Notes under the pieces: model-generated
Told to the model about the DNA's origin: nothing
The model's input: only the letters and a program-made list of their open reading frames with translations
Databases searched by the model: none
Shown here: positions 1 through 10,643 of the stretch, one piece after another
Position numbering within the stretch: the stretch's first letter is position 1
How the letters are laid out: every line of letters starts with the position of its first letter
Program-made: the position numbers and the translations under genes
Assembly (NCBI GenBank): GCA_016839555.1
Contig: JAEOUA010000005.1
Coordinates: 96,595 to 160,594 of the forward strand
Reading direction: 5' to 3'
From: Promethearchaeota archaeon
GTDB taxonomy: Archaea; Asgardarchaeota; Lokiarchaeia; Sigyniarchaeales; SOKP01
DNA: 64,000 nt

Positions 1-61
1 TAACCAAAAACCATAATTCTAAAAAGAGGATGATAAAAATCCGACTCTCGATCCCAATATC

Positions 62-347
62 TGCTGATAGTGACCGCATTATAACCCTCCACACCCAGTT
101 CTAGAAGCGTGAGCAACTCAACTTACGACTGCTCCATCCCTGGCCTGATCGGGTTTGTTATTATGAGCTAATATTTTCTCTACAGAAAATACCGCCCAGC
201 CACCCACCATCTAGGTGAATGCTTCGACAGGTTATAACATTGTATATCAGCAACTCATGGGACCTGAAGTCGGACATTTCCGCTTTTGAGCATTTTGCGG
301 TCCACCGAGTATAACGGCTTCAGGCAAGCCCAAGTTGCCCATTAGCA
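62..347 (-). ncRNA. ffs: Archaeal SRP (7S) RNA
   Basis: Minus strand has helix 8 signature TCAGGCCA-GGGA-TGGAGCAG (148-129), helix 6 GGTATTTTCT-GTAG-AGAAAATATT (193-170), two small Alu-like hairpins at the 5' end, and complementary termini (TGCTAATGG/CTATCAGCA). GC-rich and ORF-free. Ends approximate. Confidence 0.9.
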
Positions 348-453
348 TTAATGAATACAAATTTAAAAACTTATTGGAAAAAGAGAAGGCGCAAAATAGC
401 AGTAACTTATTTTAAGCACCTAATTTATATAATTCTTATTTAAAACTAAAATC

Positions 454-1095
454 ATGCTTCGACGTAATATGAAATCAGCACATACATCAAAACAAAAAAA
501 AATAATACGTATTCTTTTCATAAGTTTATTATTAGCAATATTGCTGCCGGTTTTCCCTAATTTGATTGAAAGCATTTTTGGGCGATTAAGAGTGAGAAGT
601 ATTTACCAAGATATCATCTTTAGTTCAATCATACAAGGTAGTGGTATTTTAATAATAGGAATTGTATTTTATCGAATAAGTAATAATCCATGGCTATTAC
701 AACAGCAAGAGGTATATCTTCTTATCGTTTATTCCCATGATGGATTGGAGTTATATTCTAAATCATTTAGTAAAACTATATCTTCTGAGAGTCTAATATT
801 ACTTGCTGGGGGTTTCTATGCTATAAGTAGTATGTTTCAAGAAATTACTGACGCCGAAGGGATTATTAAAGCTATATTATTAGAAGATAAAGAATTACGG
901 ATTATAAAAAAAGAGCATTTCATCTCTGCATTATTGGTAGATTATTCCACAGAAGCAACAGAGGAAGCTCATAAAAGCTTTGCTGATGAATGTGAAAAGA
1001 AATTTCAAGAAGAATTAAAGCAATTTGCAGGGGAAGTTTCCGTATTTAAAAAAGCAGATGAGATTGTAAAACAATATTTTTATGCAATTTCTTAA
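454..1095 (+). CDS. Membrane-anchored protein with C-terminal longin/roadblock-like domain
   Basis: Two hydrophobic helices, then a YLLIVYSHDGLELYSKSF...LLAGGFYAISSMFQEI pattern of Asgard longin-like domains. Possibly 5'-truncated. Confidence 0.55.
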   Translation: MLRRNMKSAHTSKQKKIIRILFISLLLAILLPVFPNLIESIFGRLRVRSIYQDIIFSSIIQGSGILIIGIVFYRISNNPWLLQQQEVYLLIVYSHDGLELYSKSFSKTISSESLILLAGGFYAISSMFQEITDAEGIIKAILLEDKELRIIKKEHFISALLVDYSTEATEEAHKSFADECEKKFQEELKQFAGEVSVFKKADEIVKQYFYAIS

Positions 1096-1176
1096 TTTTT
1101 TTATATATTCTAAATTATCTTTTCAATTTTTAACAGGGTTAGTATTTATCATCTAAAAATTGAATTGAAATTTATA

Positions 1177-2262
1177 TTATGGTAATTTTGAAATTGATTC
1201 ATATAGTTCTTCTGAGTTGTTAGGAATTGAGGGGATTTTTTCTTTCTTTATGAGAGTTATAGCTTTGTTTGGACATGAAATTACGCAATTTCCACATCCA
1301 ATACATCTTTTTAAATTAATGTGAGCAATTTCTTGTTTAAAAGTAATTGCATCTACTTGACAACGTTCCAGACAGGTTCTGCATCCCTCACAGATTTCTG
1401 GATCCACTTGTGCTTGATAACTACTCGTCCAATACTCTGCAGGATTGGGAATCATTTTCTGAAGAGATAAAATACCGCAGCAACACCCACAACAGGAGCA
1501 TAAAAACTCAGGATTTTTTGAGTTGGATGGTTGTAAAACTAATCCATCCCTCTGGTTTTTTTTCAAAACTTCTAAGGCTTCCTGCTTATTAATTTTCTTG
1601 CCAAAACCCCTTTTTAACCATCTTAATGCGACTTCATTAAAAACTAAGCACGTATCTAATCTCGAAGTTTGTTTACACTCTCTTCCATCGATTCTAGCGG
1701 TTTTTTTGCAAATACAATCTAGTAATACAATAGGGCCTTCAATATTTTCAATTATCTTTCTCATATCATTATAAGTACTAACATGATGTTGTGGTTCGAT
1801 ACTTTTTTCTATGGGTATAGTTCTCAATTGCGGTATTTTTGAAGTTATTAACCGAAGTGCAAATTGAGATTCAATCATATATTTTCTTAGTAGATTTAAG
1901 TATTCTGGAGTTCGATTATAATTTTGAGACTCATCTAAACCCACCACCAAGGGGAGGATCTTGTAATATCTCCCATCCTTCATATTCTTCCACCCAATCA
2001 ATCCTTTACTAATGAGCTTCTCTAATATTTCTTTTACTTGATTAGAAGAAAAATTTTTGCGTTCTAGAGAATCCTTTATTTTTTTTAGAGATTTATATTG
2101 ATGGGTCAATTCCAACAATACTGGAATCTCATCATAATCAAAAAAGTATTTTAACAATTGGATGTCGGATCCAGAATCAGTAGCTGGAAAACCTACGGGC
2201 ATCTTATCAAGATGTTGCTGTAATTCTCTGTATAAGTGTTCTTTTGAATTAATTTCGCTCAT
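1177..2262 (-). CDS. 4Fe-4S ferredoxin-domain protein with N-terminal wHTH-like region
   Basis: CIC...C, LCSCCGCCCG and two C-terminal CxxCxxCxxxC motifs. Confidence 0.85.
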   Translation of the reverse strand: MSEINSKEHLYRELQQHLDKMPVGFPATDSGSDIQLLKYFFDYDEIPVLLELTHQYKSLKKIKDSLERKNFSSNQVKEILEKLISKGLIGWKNMKDGRYYKILPLVVGLDESQNYNRTPEYLNLLRKYMIESQFALRLITSKIPQLRTIPIEKSIEPQHHVSTYNDMRKIIENIEGPIVLLDCICKKTARIDGRECKQTSRLDTCLVFNEVALRWLKRGFGKKINKQEALEVLKKNQRDGLVLQPSNSKNPEFLCSCCGCCCGILSLQKMIPNPAEYWTSSYQAQVDPEICEGCRTCLERCQVDAITFKQEIAHINLKRCIGCGNCVISCPNKAITLIKKEKIPSIPNNSEELYESISKLP

Positions 2263-2361
2263 CTTAAAATAAATAGTTCTGTATGTTTTATATTTTATTC
2301 ATGCGAAAATATAACTTTTTAATAATTAAAAATGTAAAATCTAATTCTATTAAAAATTAAC

Positions 2362-3786
2362 TTATTCTACTAAAGAACTGATCTTTTCATTTAACAATTC
2401 GATATGATAGTTATCATTTAATTGTTCATAGATTTCCTTAGCTTTTCTAAAATTTGATATTGCGAGATCATGAATATTTTTGCTTAAATATATATCCCCT
2501 AGTTGAGCATGAATCTTAGCAATTTCCTTAAAATAATGAGATGATTCATAAATATGCAGAGCTTTTTCATAAAATTCAATCGCTTTTAAAGTATCATGTT
2601 GGTAATTTAAATAAATTTCAGCAATAATAGTATTTAATTCTGCTACTTTAAATTGTTCCCCAAATTTATCATAAATTTTAATTGCTAGAATATAATATTC
2701 AATCGCTGTTTTTGATTCCTTATTTAACTCATATAACCTTGCTATCTCTTCTAAAACAGTAGCTTCTTTTAAACTCTCATCTTCTACTTCAAGGATACGT
2801 ACACATTCCATGCTTTTTAATAAATAATTTTCAGCATTTTGAAAATTATTCCATAAAAGTTCGATTTTTCCCAGGAATAAATAAATTTCCCATTCTAATC
2901 TTGATTTGAGATATATAGAGATTTTATCTTCAATCCTTTTAATCAATTCTAATGCTTTTGATAAATAATCAAAAGCTTTATCATAATAATTACCTTCCAA
3001 ATAGAAATATAATTTTCCATATTTTAGATTGGTTATTATTCTTCCATAGAAATTGTCATTTTTTTTGAAAAACACGATGTTTCTTTGTAAGATTTTTTTT
3101 ATACGTTCGTAATTTTTTAATATGAATAATACCTCGACTAAATTGCTCGAAGACTTAACTTCCTCATAGATTAAATTCTCTTTTTCCGCTAAATTTATGG
3201 CTTTTTGATAATAATTATAGGCATTTTCGATATCTTTGATTTGCAGATACACATTTCCAATATTATTATACATTAATACAATTTTTTTTGTTTCGTTTAA
3301 CTCATTCAAGATTTCAATGGTTGAATCAAAATGATAAAGGGCATCTTCAAAATATCCTAATAATTCTTTTATTAATCCAATCTCATTATGAGTTATTGCG
3401 AGTTTTAAATCATTTCTATCATCCGTGTAAACTTTCAACGCATTTTCAAGTTCGCTTAAAGCCTTTGAAAATTCTCTTTTTTTATAATAAAGTCCTGCTT
3501 TCTCTAAGAATAAGTCTCCAATAGGTCTCCCTTTTGTATATTGAATATCAATTTTTTTTTCTATTTCTCTAATTTTTTCATCTAAAGGGCCATCAACTAC
3601 TTTATTGATATCAAAAGGTTTTTCTGTCTCTATCTCATAAGGCGAAGTCGAATCTAGATTTTCATAAAAATATGCTTCTTGGTTTTCTTGGGCATCGTCA
3701 AGATCTACAAGGAGTGGTTTCTTGCAGTGAGGACAAATATATGAAGGATTTTTAATTACCATTCCGCAGTAAGGGCAAATGATCAT
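2362..3786 (-). CDS. Zinc-ribbon plus TPR protein
   Basis: N-terminal CPYC...CPHC followed by many TPR helical repeats (YNNIGNVY, AYNYYQKA). Confidence 0.85.
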   Translation of the reverse strand: MIICPYCGMVIKNPSYICPHCKKPLLVDLDDAQENQEAYFYENLDSTSPYEIETEKPFDINKVVDGPLDEKIREIEKKIDIQYTKGRPIGDLFLEKAGLYYKKREFSKALSELENALKVYTDDRNDLKLAITHNEIGLIKELLGYFEDALYHFDSTIEILNELNETKKIVLMYNNIGNVYLQIKDIENAYNYYQKAINLAEKENLIYEEVKSSSNLVEVLFILKNYERIKKILQRNIVFFKKNDNFYGRIITNLKYGKLYFYLEGNYYDKAFDYLSKALELIKRIEDKISIYLKSRLEWEIYLFLGKIELLWNNFQNAENYLLKSMECVRILEVEDESLKEATVLEEIARLYELNKESKTAIEYYILAIKIYDKFGEQFKVAELNTIIAEIYLNYQHDTLKAIEFYEKALHIYESSHYFKEIAKIHAQLGDIYLSKNIHDLAISNFRKAKEIYEQLNDNYHIELLNEKISSLVE

Positions 3787-3880
3787 TTCTAATAGTTTCT
3801 TTTTCTAAATTATTATTTATAAACTTTTAAAAAATTCTATTCTATTAAAAACATATAATACGTGTTTAAGTATTTTTATA

Positions 3881-4798
3881 TTAATTTTCTTCTTGATATT
3901 TTCTTAATTCTTCTTTAATTTTTTGATCGCTTAGACCAAAAGATTTGAGAAGTATCGATATTTGTCTTATTGCATTGTTTGCCCCGATTTTTTGTGCTAA
4001 ATCCAATGCTTTGATAAATTCATCTTTTGCTTGCTTTATTTTTCCTAAATAAAATAAAGATTCTCCAACGTAGGATAATCCTTTTAAGATAAATTCGCTA
4101 TAATTGGAATCTATTGCTACATTAGTGCCTTTTTTAAAAAAGGTTAAGGCATTTTGATATTTTTGATTCCTTTTATTAAGAATTCCTAAATTAAAATATG
4201 AAGTAATCATACCTTTCTTATCATTAATTTTCTCAAATGCTAATAAAGCTTTCTGATAGAGCTCTCTTAGAATCTCCCAATCTTCTTTTATTTCATAAAT
4301 CTGGATTAATTGACCAATACAATCCAAAAAGCTATAAATGTCCTTATTTTCAGAGCAAATTTCACAGCATTTGAATAAAACTTCGGATGCCTTATCCAGC
4401 TTATTTAATTTTAGATAGGAATTCCCAATTCCCTTTAGACACATGATTTTTTCATTCTGCTCTCTTAATTCATCATAAATCGTGAATGCTTCTTCATAAT
4501 AATCTATTGCTTTTTTATATTCTCCCTTTTTAACATACAAAACTCCAAATATTCCCAGAGCGGATGCTTTCCCGAGCCTATCTTTCTGCTTTTCAAAATA
4601 TTTTAAACAAGTCAAAAAATTTTGTTCTGCAAGGGTATATTCTTCAATCTGAAGTTGAAGCAACCCAATATCACTTAATTCTTTAAAATAATCAGCACCT
4701 TTTTCAAGGTCTGCAATATTTTCTTTTTTTTTATTTATTATTTCTTGAATTTCTTCTTTTAAAAGTTCATTTTCTTCAGAATTTATGGTATAATACAC
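3881..4798 (-). CDS. TPR protein
   Basis: Repeated TPR motifs (GVLYVKKGEYKKAIDYYEEA, SYFNLGIL). Confidence 0.85.
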   Translation of the reverse strand: MYYTINSEENELLKEEIQEIINKKKENIADLEKGADYFKELSDIGLLQLQIEEYTLAEQNFLTCLKYFEKQKDRLGKASALGIFGVLYVKKGEYKKAIDYYEEAFTIYDELREQNEKIMCLKGIGNSYLKLNKLDKASEVLFKCCEICSENKDIYSFLDCIGQLIQIYEIKEDWEILRELYQKALLAFEKINDKKGMITSYFNLGILNKRNQKYQNALTFFKKGTNVAIDSNYSEFILKGLSYVGESLFYLGKIKQAKDEFIKALDLAQKIGANNAIRQISILLKSFGLSDQKIKEELRKYQEEN

Positions 4799-4936
4799 TT
4801 CCAGGGTTGAATTAATTGATATAAATTATTTCAAACTAATATTATATATCCATAATAATTAAAATAAAACGCAAGTTTTTTATTATATAAATAAGGAAAT
4901 GCAATTAATTTAAAATATATTAAGAGGTTGTTTTAT

Positions 4937-6049
4937 ATGAAAAAAGAAGCAAGACTCTGGGATATATTGGGTGATAATAAAGTAAAATGTCATGTCTGCG
5001 CTAATGAATGTATAATACTTCCAGATAAGGTTGGTATATGTAGAACAAGAAAAAATATTAATGGAGTATTATATACTCTAATCTATGGATCTATGATCTC
5101 TCGTGGGAGTTTAGATCCAATTGAAAAAAAACCGCTATATAATTATTGGCCAGGACATACGGCATATTCAATAGCCTCAGTGGGGTGTTCTTTTAGATGT
5201 CTTAATTGTCAGAATTGGTCTATTTCTCAAGCAACACCAAGTGACAATGGTGATGAAGGATATATTGATTTTGAAGATTATAGAGACAGAAAAATGTCCT
5301 TAGTAGAAATGACACCAGAAGAGCTTGTAAAGAGAGTAGTCAAGAGTGGGGCAAAAACTTTAGCATACACCTATAATGAGCCTCTAATCTGGCATGAATG
5401 GATATTAGATACCGCCCGCCTTCTTCATAAAGAAGATATTAAAACTATATTGGTCACAAATGGATTTTCTACTCCAGAAGCTTCGAAAGAATTAATAGAT
5501 ATTGGTATTGGAGCGGCTAATATTGACATAAAAGGGATGACAGATGAGTTCTATAAAAAAATATGTGGCGCTCCCTCTGTCCAACCAGTTTTAGACACAG
5601 CTAAACGTTTCAAAAGTAATGGTATTCATGTGGAAATTACTAATTTGATCATCCCTGATATAAATGACGATGAAAAAGATATTAAAAAATTATGCGATTG
5701 GGTTTATGATAATTTAGGCGAGAACACACCCCTACACTTTAGTGCTTACCATCCCGATTATAAACGACCCTCAGAAAAAAGGACTTCGTTCGGAATTTTG
5801 GATAAAGCGTATAATATAGCTAAGGAAACAGGTCTATTTTTTCCCTATGTCGGGAATATAAAACATGAGAAAGGGAGTAATACCTATTGCCCTAATTGTG
5901 GAGAAATCCTCATTTCAAGAATGGGATTTAGTCTTTCAAAAATCAATATTACTGATGATAATAAATGTAAGAATTGCTCCTATGACTTAAATAAGGATAT
6001 AATTGGGGAGATTAACAAAAGTGCTTCTTCTCGATTTTCTTTTTTCTAA
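4937..6049 (+). CDS. amrS: AmmeMemoRadiSam system radical SAM enzyme
   Basis: N-terminal CxxCxxxC...C, DPIEKKPLY, GCSFRCLNCQNWSISQ, YTYNEP, C-terminal CPNC. ATG follows GAGG. Confidence 0.9.
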   Translation: MKKEARLWDILGDNKVKCHVCANECIILPDKVGICRTRKNINGVLYTLIYGSMISRGSLDPIEKKPLYNYWPGHTAYSIASVGCSFRCLNCQNWSISQATPSDNGDEGYIDFEDYRDRKMSLVEMTPEELVKRVVKSGAKTLAYTYNEPLIWHEWILDTARLLHKEDIKTILVTNGFSTPEASKELIDIGIGAANIDIKGMTDEFYKKICGAPSVQPVLDTAKRFKSNGIHVEITNLIIPDINDDEKDIKKLCDWVYDNLGENTPLHFSAYHPDYKRPSEKRTSFGILDKAYNIAKETGLFFPYVGNIKHEKGSNTYCPNCGEILISRMGFSLSKINITDDNKCKNCSYDLNKDIIGEINKSASSRFSFF

Positions 6050-6081
6050 AAATAAAAAATGAGGAAAAAATAAAATTATAT

Positions 6082-6810
6082 TTAGATTGGCAGACCTAAG
6101 GATTTAAAAAAGGATTCTAAAGATTTAAATAAGGATTCTAAAAGAGTCTCTTGAGGGCCTATTGGAATAAGGGTTGCCTTTAATACCAATAAGAAAAATG
6201 CTTGAACAAAGCAGAAAATAGCAAAAATAATAGCGATAGGAGGCCAAGAAAGTGCTTTACTAATGATTATAAATACATCAATCGCCATTTTCGCAATCAC
6301 AGCCACTATAATGAATACAATAATGAATATTATAATCAATAACCATTTGGGATCTATATAATTTCCAAGAAATTCTACTACATCCGGAGGTATCAATAAC
6401 GCAATAAGTATCACAACCGATGAAGCTGCGATAAGTGCTATGATTGAACCGATTGGAATATCATTAATTGGTTTAAAGAAGGTTGCGACACCAAATACAA
6501 TTAATAAAATTGCGGTAAAAATATCAGAATCTCCATATACCGAAAGTGGTTCTTTAAGGATCAGTTCAGCTACCCCAGAGATAATACAGATGGCACCCAC
6601 AACAAAGGATAAATATGTTAAGACTTTTAAAAATGTGGTTATCTTACGGTCCCACTCCTCCATTTCACGTTTGCGAAAACTTCCTCGGGCTTTCCATTCA
6701 TATGCCGCGTTTATTATCCAAATAACGCCAAGGAGGAGCAAGAAAAACGCTCCCCAAGCGGCGAATGGCCTGAATAAATTTTCTGTATAATCAAATTGTT
6801 GTACTAACAT
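6082..6810 (-). CDS. Multi-pass membrane protein of unknown function
   Basis: About 6 hydrophobic segments. Confidence 0.7.
   Translation of the reverse strand: MLVQQFDYTENLFRPFAAWGAFFLLLLGVIWIINAAYEWKARGSFRKREMEEWDRKITTFLKVLTYLSFVVGAICIISGVAELILKEPLSVYGDSDIFTAILLIVFGVATFFKPINDIPIGSIIALIAASSVVILIALLIPPDVVEFLGNYIDPKWLLIIIFIIVFIIVAVIAKMAIDVFIIISKALSWPPIAIIFAIFCFVQAFFLLVLKATLIPIGPQETLLESLFKSLESFFKSLGLPI
6101..6142. repeat. 2 x 21-bp tandem repeat within CDS C-terminus
   Basis: GATTTAAAAAAGGATTCTAAA / GATTTAAATAAGGATTCTAAA, encoding LESLFKS-LESFFKS. Confidence 0.7.
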
Positions 6811-7017
6811 TCTTTGAATTCTTTATTTTTATAATTTTTATATATACTTATAATTAAAATATAAATGTTATTTTTAAACCTTTTTGGAGTCCGATTTTAA
6901 TAAAAATAAGAAAAAATGAAATCCGCAATTCTTTTATTTAGAGACTTATAAAAGATCAATTTAAAATTAGCATAAAAAAATAGAATTTTTACTGAGAACA
7001 ATTAATGGAATTAAAAT

Positions 7018-8694
7018 TTATACAAAGGCAATAGTATTTTTTATGTAATCGATATATTTTGAAATTTCTTTTTCTTTTATTTCTGGGCTCCAGTTATATT
7101 CCTCTGCCATTATTTCAGCCACGACTTTTACCGCATCTAATTGCCTTTTATGGTCGATGAATAGACTCATTTCAGTCCTTCGGCAAAATACATCAATTAA
7201 ATGAGGGGTAAGTTCATATCTAAGTAAGTATACAATTTCCGCCTTAATAAAGTCATTCTCATCAAGTATCCGCTCTTTTAAAGATTCATTTTCTTTTATA
7301 AGCTCTAATATCTTAATTGCTCCACGTTCATATTGCTGATAAAGATGAAGAGCAATATCTTCCTCAATCTTAATATTTGAATTTTTTAATTCCCTCTCCC
7401 ACTCTTCTTCCTCCATCTTGATTTTAAACTTTTGCTTTGAGAAGCTTTCTTCTCGAGAAATATCAGGGAAAATATTCTTTTCTGCAACCTTTTCAAATAA
7501 ATCTTCTGCCATTTTTCTCCATGTCGTCAATTTTCCTCCAGATATCGTTAATAATCCATTTTTATTAAAGAATATGATATGTTTACGGGAAACATCGCTT
7601 TCGGATTTTCCTTTTTCCCTCACGAGAGGTCTAATGCCAGCATAAGTAGCTAAAAGATTTTCATAATTTAACTCTGCTGTGGGGAAATAATATTTGACCG
7701 ATTCAATTAAATAATCGGCATCTTCCCTATTACAGTAAGGATTGGCTAAATCACCCTTATAATCTGTATCTGTTGTGCCAATTATTGTGAAATCTCCTCG
7801 AGGTAATACAAAAAATGCGCGATTATCTGTGATTGAGGTTATTATTGTTGCCATTTTATTCTTTACATCTTTCCGCCTATAGACAAGGTGAACTCCCTTA
7901 GTGGGTCTAATTAAAGGCTTTGGTACATCTTCTGGATAATCATTTAATAAATCATCTGTCCAAATCCCTGTAGCATTTACAATTAATGTTCCTTTTACTA
8001 TAAATTCTTTATAATTTTCAAGATCTTTACATTTTACCCCTATTATTTTACCATCTTCCATTACATACTCTAAGACTTCACAATAATTAACTACATCTGC
8101 CCCTCTAATAACCGCTTCCTTTAAGGTTTCTATTGTTAAACGTGCATCATCCACATTATTGTCATAATAAATAACTCCTCCATTATTTCCTTCTTTTCTT
8201 ATCTCTGGTTCCGCTTCAATTACTTCTTCAGTAGAAATTAATTGACGCTGTTTATAATTCTTATATTTTTCATTTTTATCACTTAAAAAGTCATAAATTT
8301 TAGTAGCACCTTTAATATCTCGCATTTTATATTTTCCTCCTTCCCATGCGACAAATAAAAAGGGAATCGGTCGGAGGGTGGTACAATGCTGACGCATCCA
8401 ATTCCTTTCAGTTGTTGCTTCCTTAACTAAATCCATTTCTCCATGCCCCAAATATCTGATACCTCCGTGAGCTAGTTTTGAGCTTCTTGATGAAGTCCCA
8501 GCAGCAAAATCTTGCATTTCAATTAAGCTAACCTTTAGCCCGCGCATCACTCCCTCTCTTGCAACTCCCGCACCAGTAATCCCTCCTCCAATAACTATTA
8601 CATCATACTCGTTTTTTTTTAACCTATCGATAATTTTATCTCTATGCTCAAGATTCCAAGTTTTTTCAAATAATTTCTCAACTAAATCGTTCAT
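7018..8694 (-). CDS. glpD: FAD-dependent glycerol-3-phosphate dehydrogenase/oxidase (GlpA/GlpD family)
   Basis: IGGGITGAG, DFAAGTSSRSSKLAHGGIRYL, DDARL, IGTTDT, AGIRPL, GGKLTTWR. Confidence 0.9.
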   Translation of the reverse strand: MNDLVEKLFEKTWNLEHRDKIIDRLKKNEYDVIVIGGGITGAGVAREGVMRGLKVSLIEMQDFAAGTSSRSSKLAHGGIRYLGHGEMDLVKEATTERNWMRQHCTTLRPIPFLFVAWEGGKYKMRDIKGATKIYDFLSDKNEKYKNYKQRQLISTEEVIEAEPEIRKEGNNGGVIYYDNNVDDARLTIETLKEAVIRGADVVNYCEVLEYVMEDGKIIGVKCKDLENYKEFIVKGTLIVNATGIWTDDLLNDYPEDVPKPLIRPTKGVHLVYRRKDVKNKMATIITSITDNRAFFVLPRGDFTIIGTTDTDYKGDLANPYCNREDADYLIESVKYYFPTAELNYENLLATYAGIRPLVREKGKSESDVSRKHIIFFNKNGLLTISGGKLTTWRKMAEDLFEKVAEKNIFPDISREESFSKQKFKIKMEEEEWERELKNSNIKIEEDIALHLYQQYERGAIKILELIKENESLKERILDENDFIKAEIVYLLRYELTPHLIDVFCRRTEMSLFIDHKRQLDAVKVVAEIMAEEYNWSPEIKEKEISKYIDYIKNTIAFV

Positions 8695-8820
8695 AACTAA
8701 TCAACCTTTTAAAATGATCTTTCTTTTTTAATTTTATTTCTAATTTTAATAAAATTAAAATTTTTCATTTAGCTTTTCTTTCTAAGAAAAAAATATCCTT
8801 TTTACCAATAAAGTACTATT

Positions 8821-8850
8821 TAAATCCAAGTTCCCATCATCTTGGATTTA
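8821..8850. promoter_or_regulatory. Perfect 10-bp inverted repeat upstream of glpD
   Basis: TAAATCCAAG-N10-CTTGGATTTA. Confidence 0.35.
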
Positions 8851-8948
8851 TATCTCTATTTTTTACATATGAAAAAATACTAAAATAAGGAAAAAAAATA
8901 AAAAAATTTAAGAAATAAATTCTAAATTAAATCCCATCCAATCTAATA

Positions 8949-9251
8949 CTATATGAAGCCGAGCATTTTCATAGCTTTTTTCGAATCCAAGATTGGTTCT
9001 ATCTTATATTCATACCCTTCAATAAGCGAATATCGATAAAAACGTTTAGTTAAAGCATTAATACCTTCTACTAATTTCTCGTCATCGCATTCATAAATCC
9101 CATAATTTTTATAATATCCATCTTGTACAACGAAATGATGGACCGTATGGAGGAATGGTGGATAATCGGGAGCATTTCCCGAAGTATATACATCAATAAG
9201 TTCTGGTAATTTCCAGGGAGGATACGTTGCTATTACCATGAGGAAAGCCAT
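8949..9251 (-). CDS. Small hypothetical protein
   Basis: 100-aa ORF preceded by AGGTGA Shine-Dalgarno. Confidence 0.7.
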   Translation of the reverse strand: MAFLMVIATYPPWKLPELIDVYTSGNAPDYPPFLHTVHHFVVQDGYYKNYGIYECDDEKLVEGINALTKRFYRYSLIEGYEYKIEPILDSKKAMKMLGFI

Positions 9252-9393
9252 TTAAAAATTTCACCTTCTTTTTTAATTTATTAATATATTATTGGAGTTT
9301 AAACAAATAATAAGTTATTGGGAATCTTTATAAGTGTTTGCGTTAAAATTTGTTAAATATTCTCCTTAAAAACTTTGTCTAATATAAAATGCA

Positions 9394-10596
9394 CTAAGGG
9401 AACTGTGGATTATCGTGATCTATATATTCCAAATATCGCTTTATAAATTGTCTTAATTGTCCAAAATTAGGAGATCTTCCCGTTCTCACAAAGATGGCAG
9501 ATAATGCATTTCCCATTAGAATTGCTTTAGGAGGATTTAGATCCCCTAATAATGCCGCGATTACTCCAGAATTGAAATGATCACCTGCAGATACTGTATA
9601 AGAAGGGTTTGAAGTATAGGCTTCTGTTATCCAATAATGTTGCATATTATTTTTTACAGTTATTGTAGCAAAATGCGGGGAATGAATTATAAGATAGGAT
9701 AATCCCAAGTCTTTGTTTATATTTTTACCCCCAGTAATAAAATCTTTAAAATTTGCTTTATTAGGGGTGATCTCAACGACAGTGTCTAAAGCTTTTGAGA
9801 TATCTATAGCTTCTTGATCATTTAGACTCAGCAATACGGGAATCTGATCCTCCATTTTTTGTAAGACATTTAGCATTTCAATAATTTCTGGTTTCGATCT
9901 CTTTTTAATATCCGCTAAATCCACAAAAAAAAGTTTCTTATTTATATCTTTAATAGAGGGGAATATTTCTTCCATTAATTTTTGCCAGATATTAGTTAAT
10001 TGTGGAAAAATCGACCAATATCCAAATCCTATAACGTTAGATTCTTCCATCCTTTTAATAAGGTGTTCTCTTGGAATTCTCTGTAGTAATGTTTCCCACT
10101 TAATTTCAAGAAGTCCTTTAATATCAGAAAGCATAACTTTTCCATCATTAAATTCCAATCCAATCGTTTTTCCTGGATTGGTGATTGAAATTGCATTGAT
10201 ATTTTCGTTTTGAATTAATTCATCATAAAGTGAGTTAATTTTAGGATAGCCTAAGGAAGCTAATAAAAATACATTTATGCCTAATGCGCTCAGAGCTTTG
10301 CTATTATTTGGGGCGAATCCTCCAGAAGTTTTTTTCTTTAAAAATATTTCAATATTTCCCGAACTCCCCGAAATTTGTTTTAATCTTTGTGAGAATTCGA
10401 TGATAGTAGCAAATTGCTTCCATTTTTCCAAATTATATCGTTTTTGAACTAGAGAATAAAGAAAATCGATAAATCCATCAATACCTAAAAATACCTTTTT
10501 TTTTGTTAAATTTACCTCAAATTCTTTATCTAATTCTTCTTGAATTGATTTAAAAGTTGGTAGTGTATTATCATAGGGATTTAATTTTTCATACAT
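9394..10596 (-). CDS. PfkB/ribokinase-fold carbohydrate kinase-like protein
   Basis: GIDGFID, GGFAPN, C-terminal TVSAGDHFNSG. Confidence 0.75.
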   Translation of the reverse strand: MYEKLNPYDNTLPTFKSIQEELDKEFEVNLTKKKVFLGIDGFIDFLYSLVQKRYNLEKWKQFATIIEFSQRLKQISGSSGNIEIFLKKKTSGGFAPNNSKALSALGINVFLLASLGYPKINSLYDELIQNENINAISITNPGKTIGLEFNDGKVMLSDIKGLLEIKWETLLQRIPREHLIKRMEESNVIGFGYWSIFPQLTNIWQKLMEEIFPSIKDINKKLFFVDLADIKKRSKPEIIEMLNVLQKMEDQIPVLLSLNDQEAIDISKALDTVVEITPNKANFKDFITGGKNINKDLGLSYLIIHSPHFATITVKNNMQHYWITEAYTSNPSYTVSAGDHFNSGVIAALLGDLNPPKAILMGNALSAIFVRTGRSPNFGQLRQFIKRYLEYIDHDNPQFP

Positions 10597-10643
10597 AAAT
10601 ATTCCATAATCTTTTATTGGTTCCTATAAATAAAAGCAAATTG

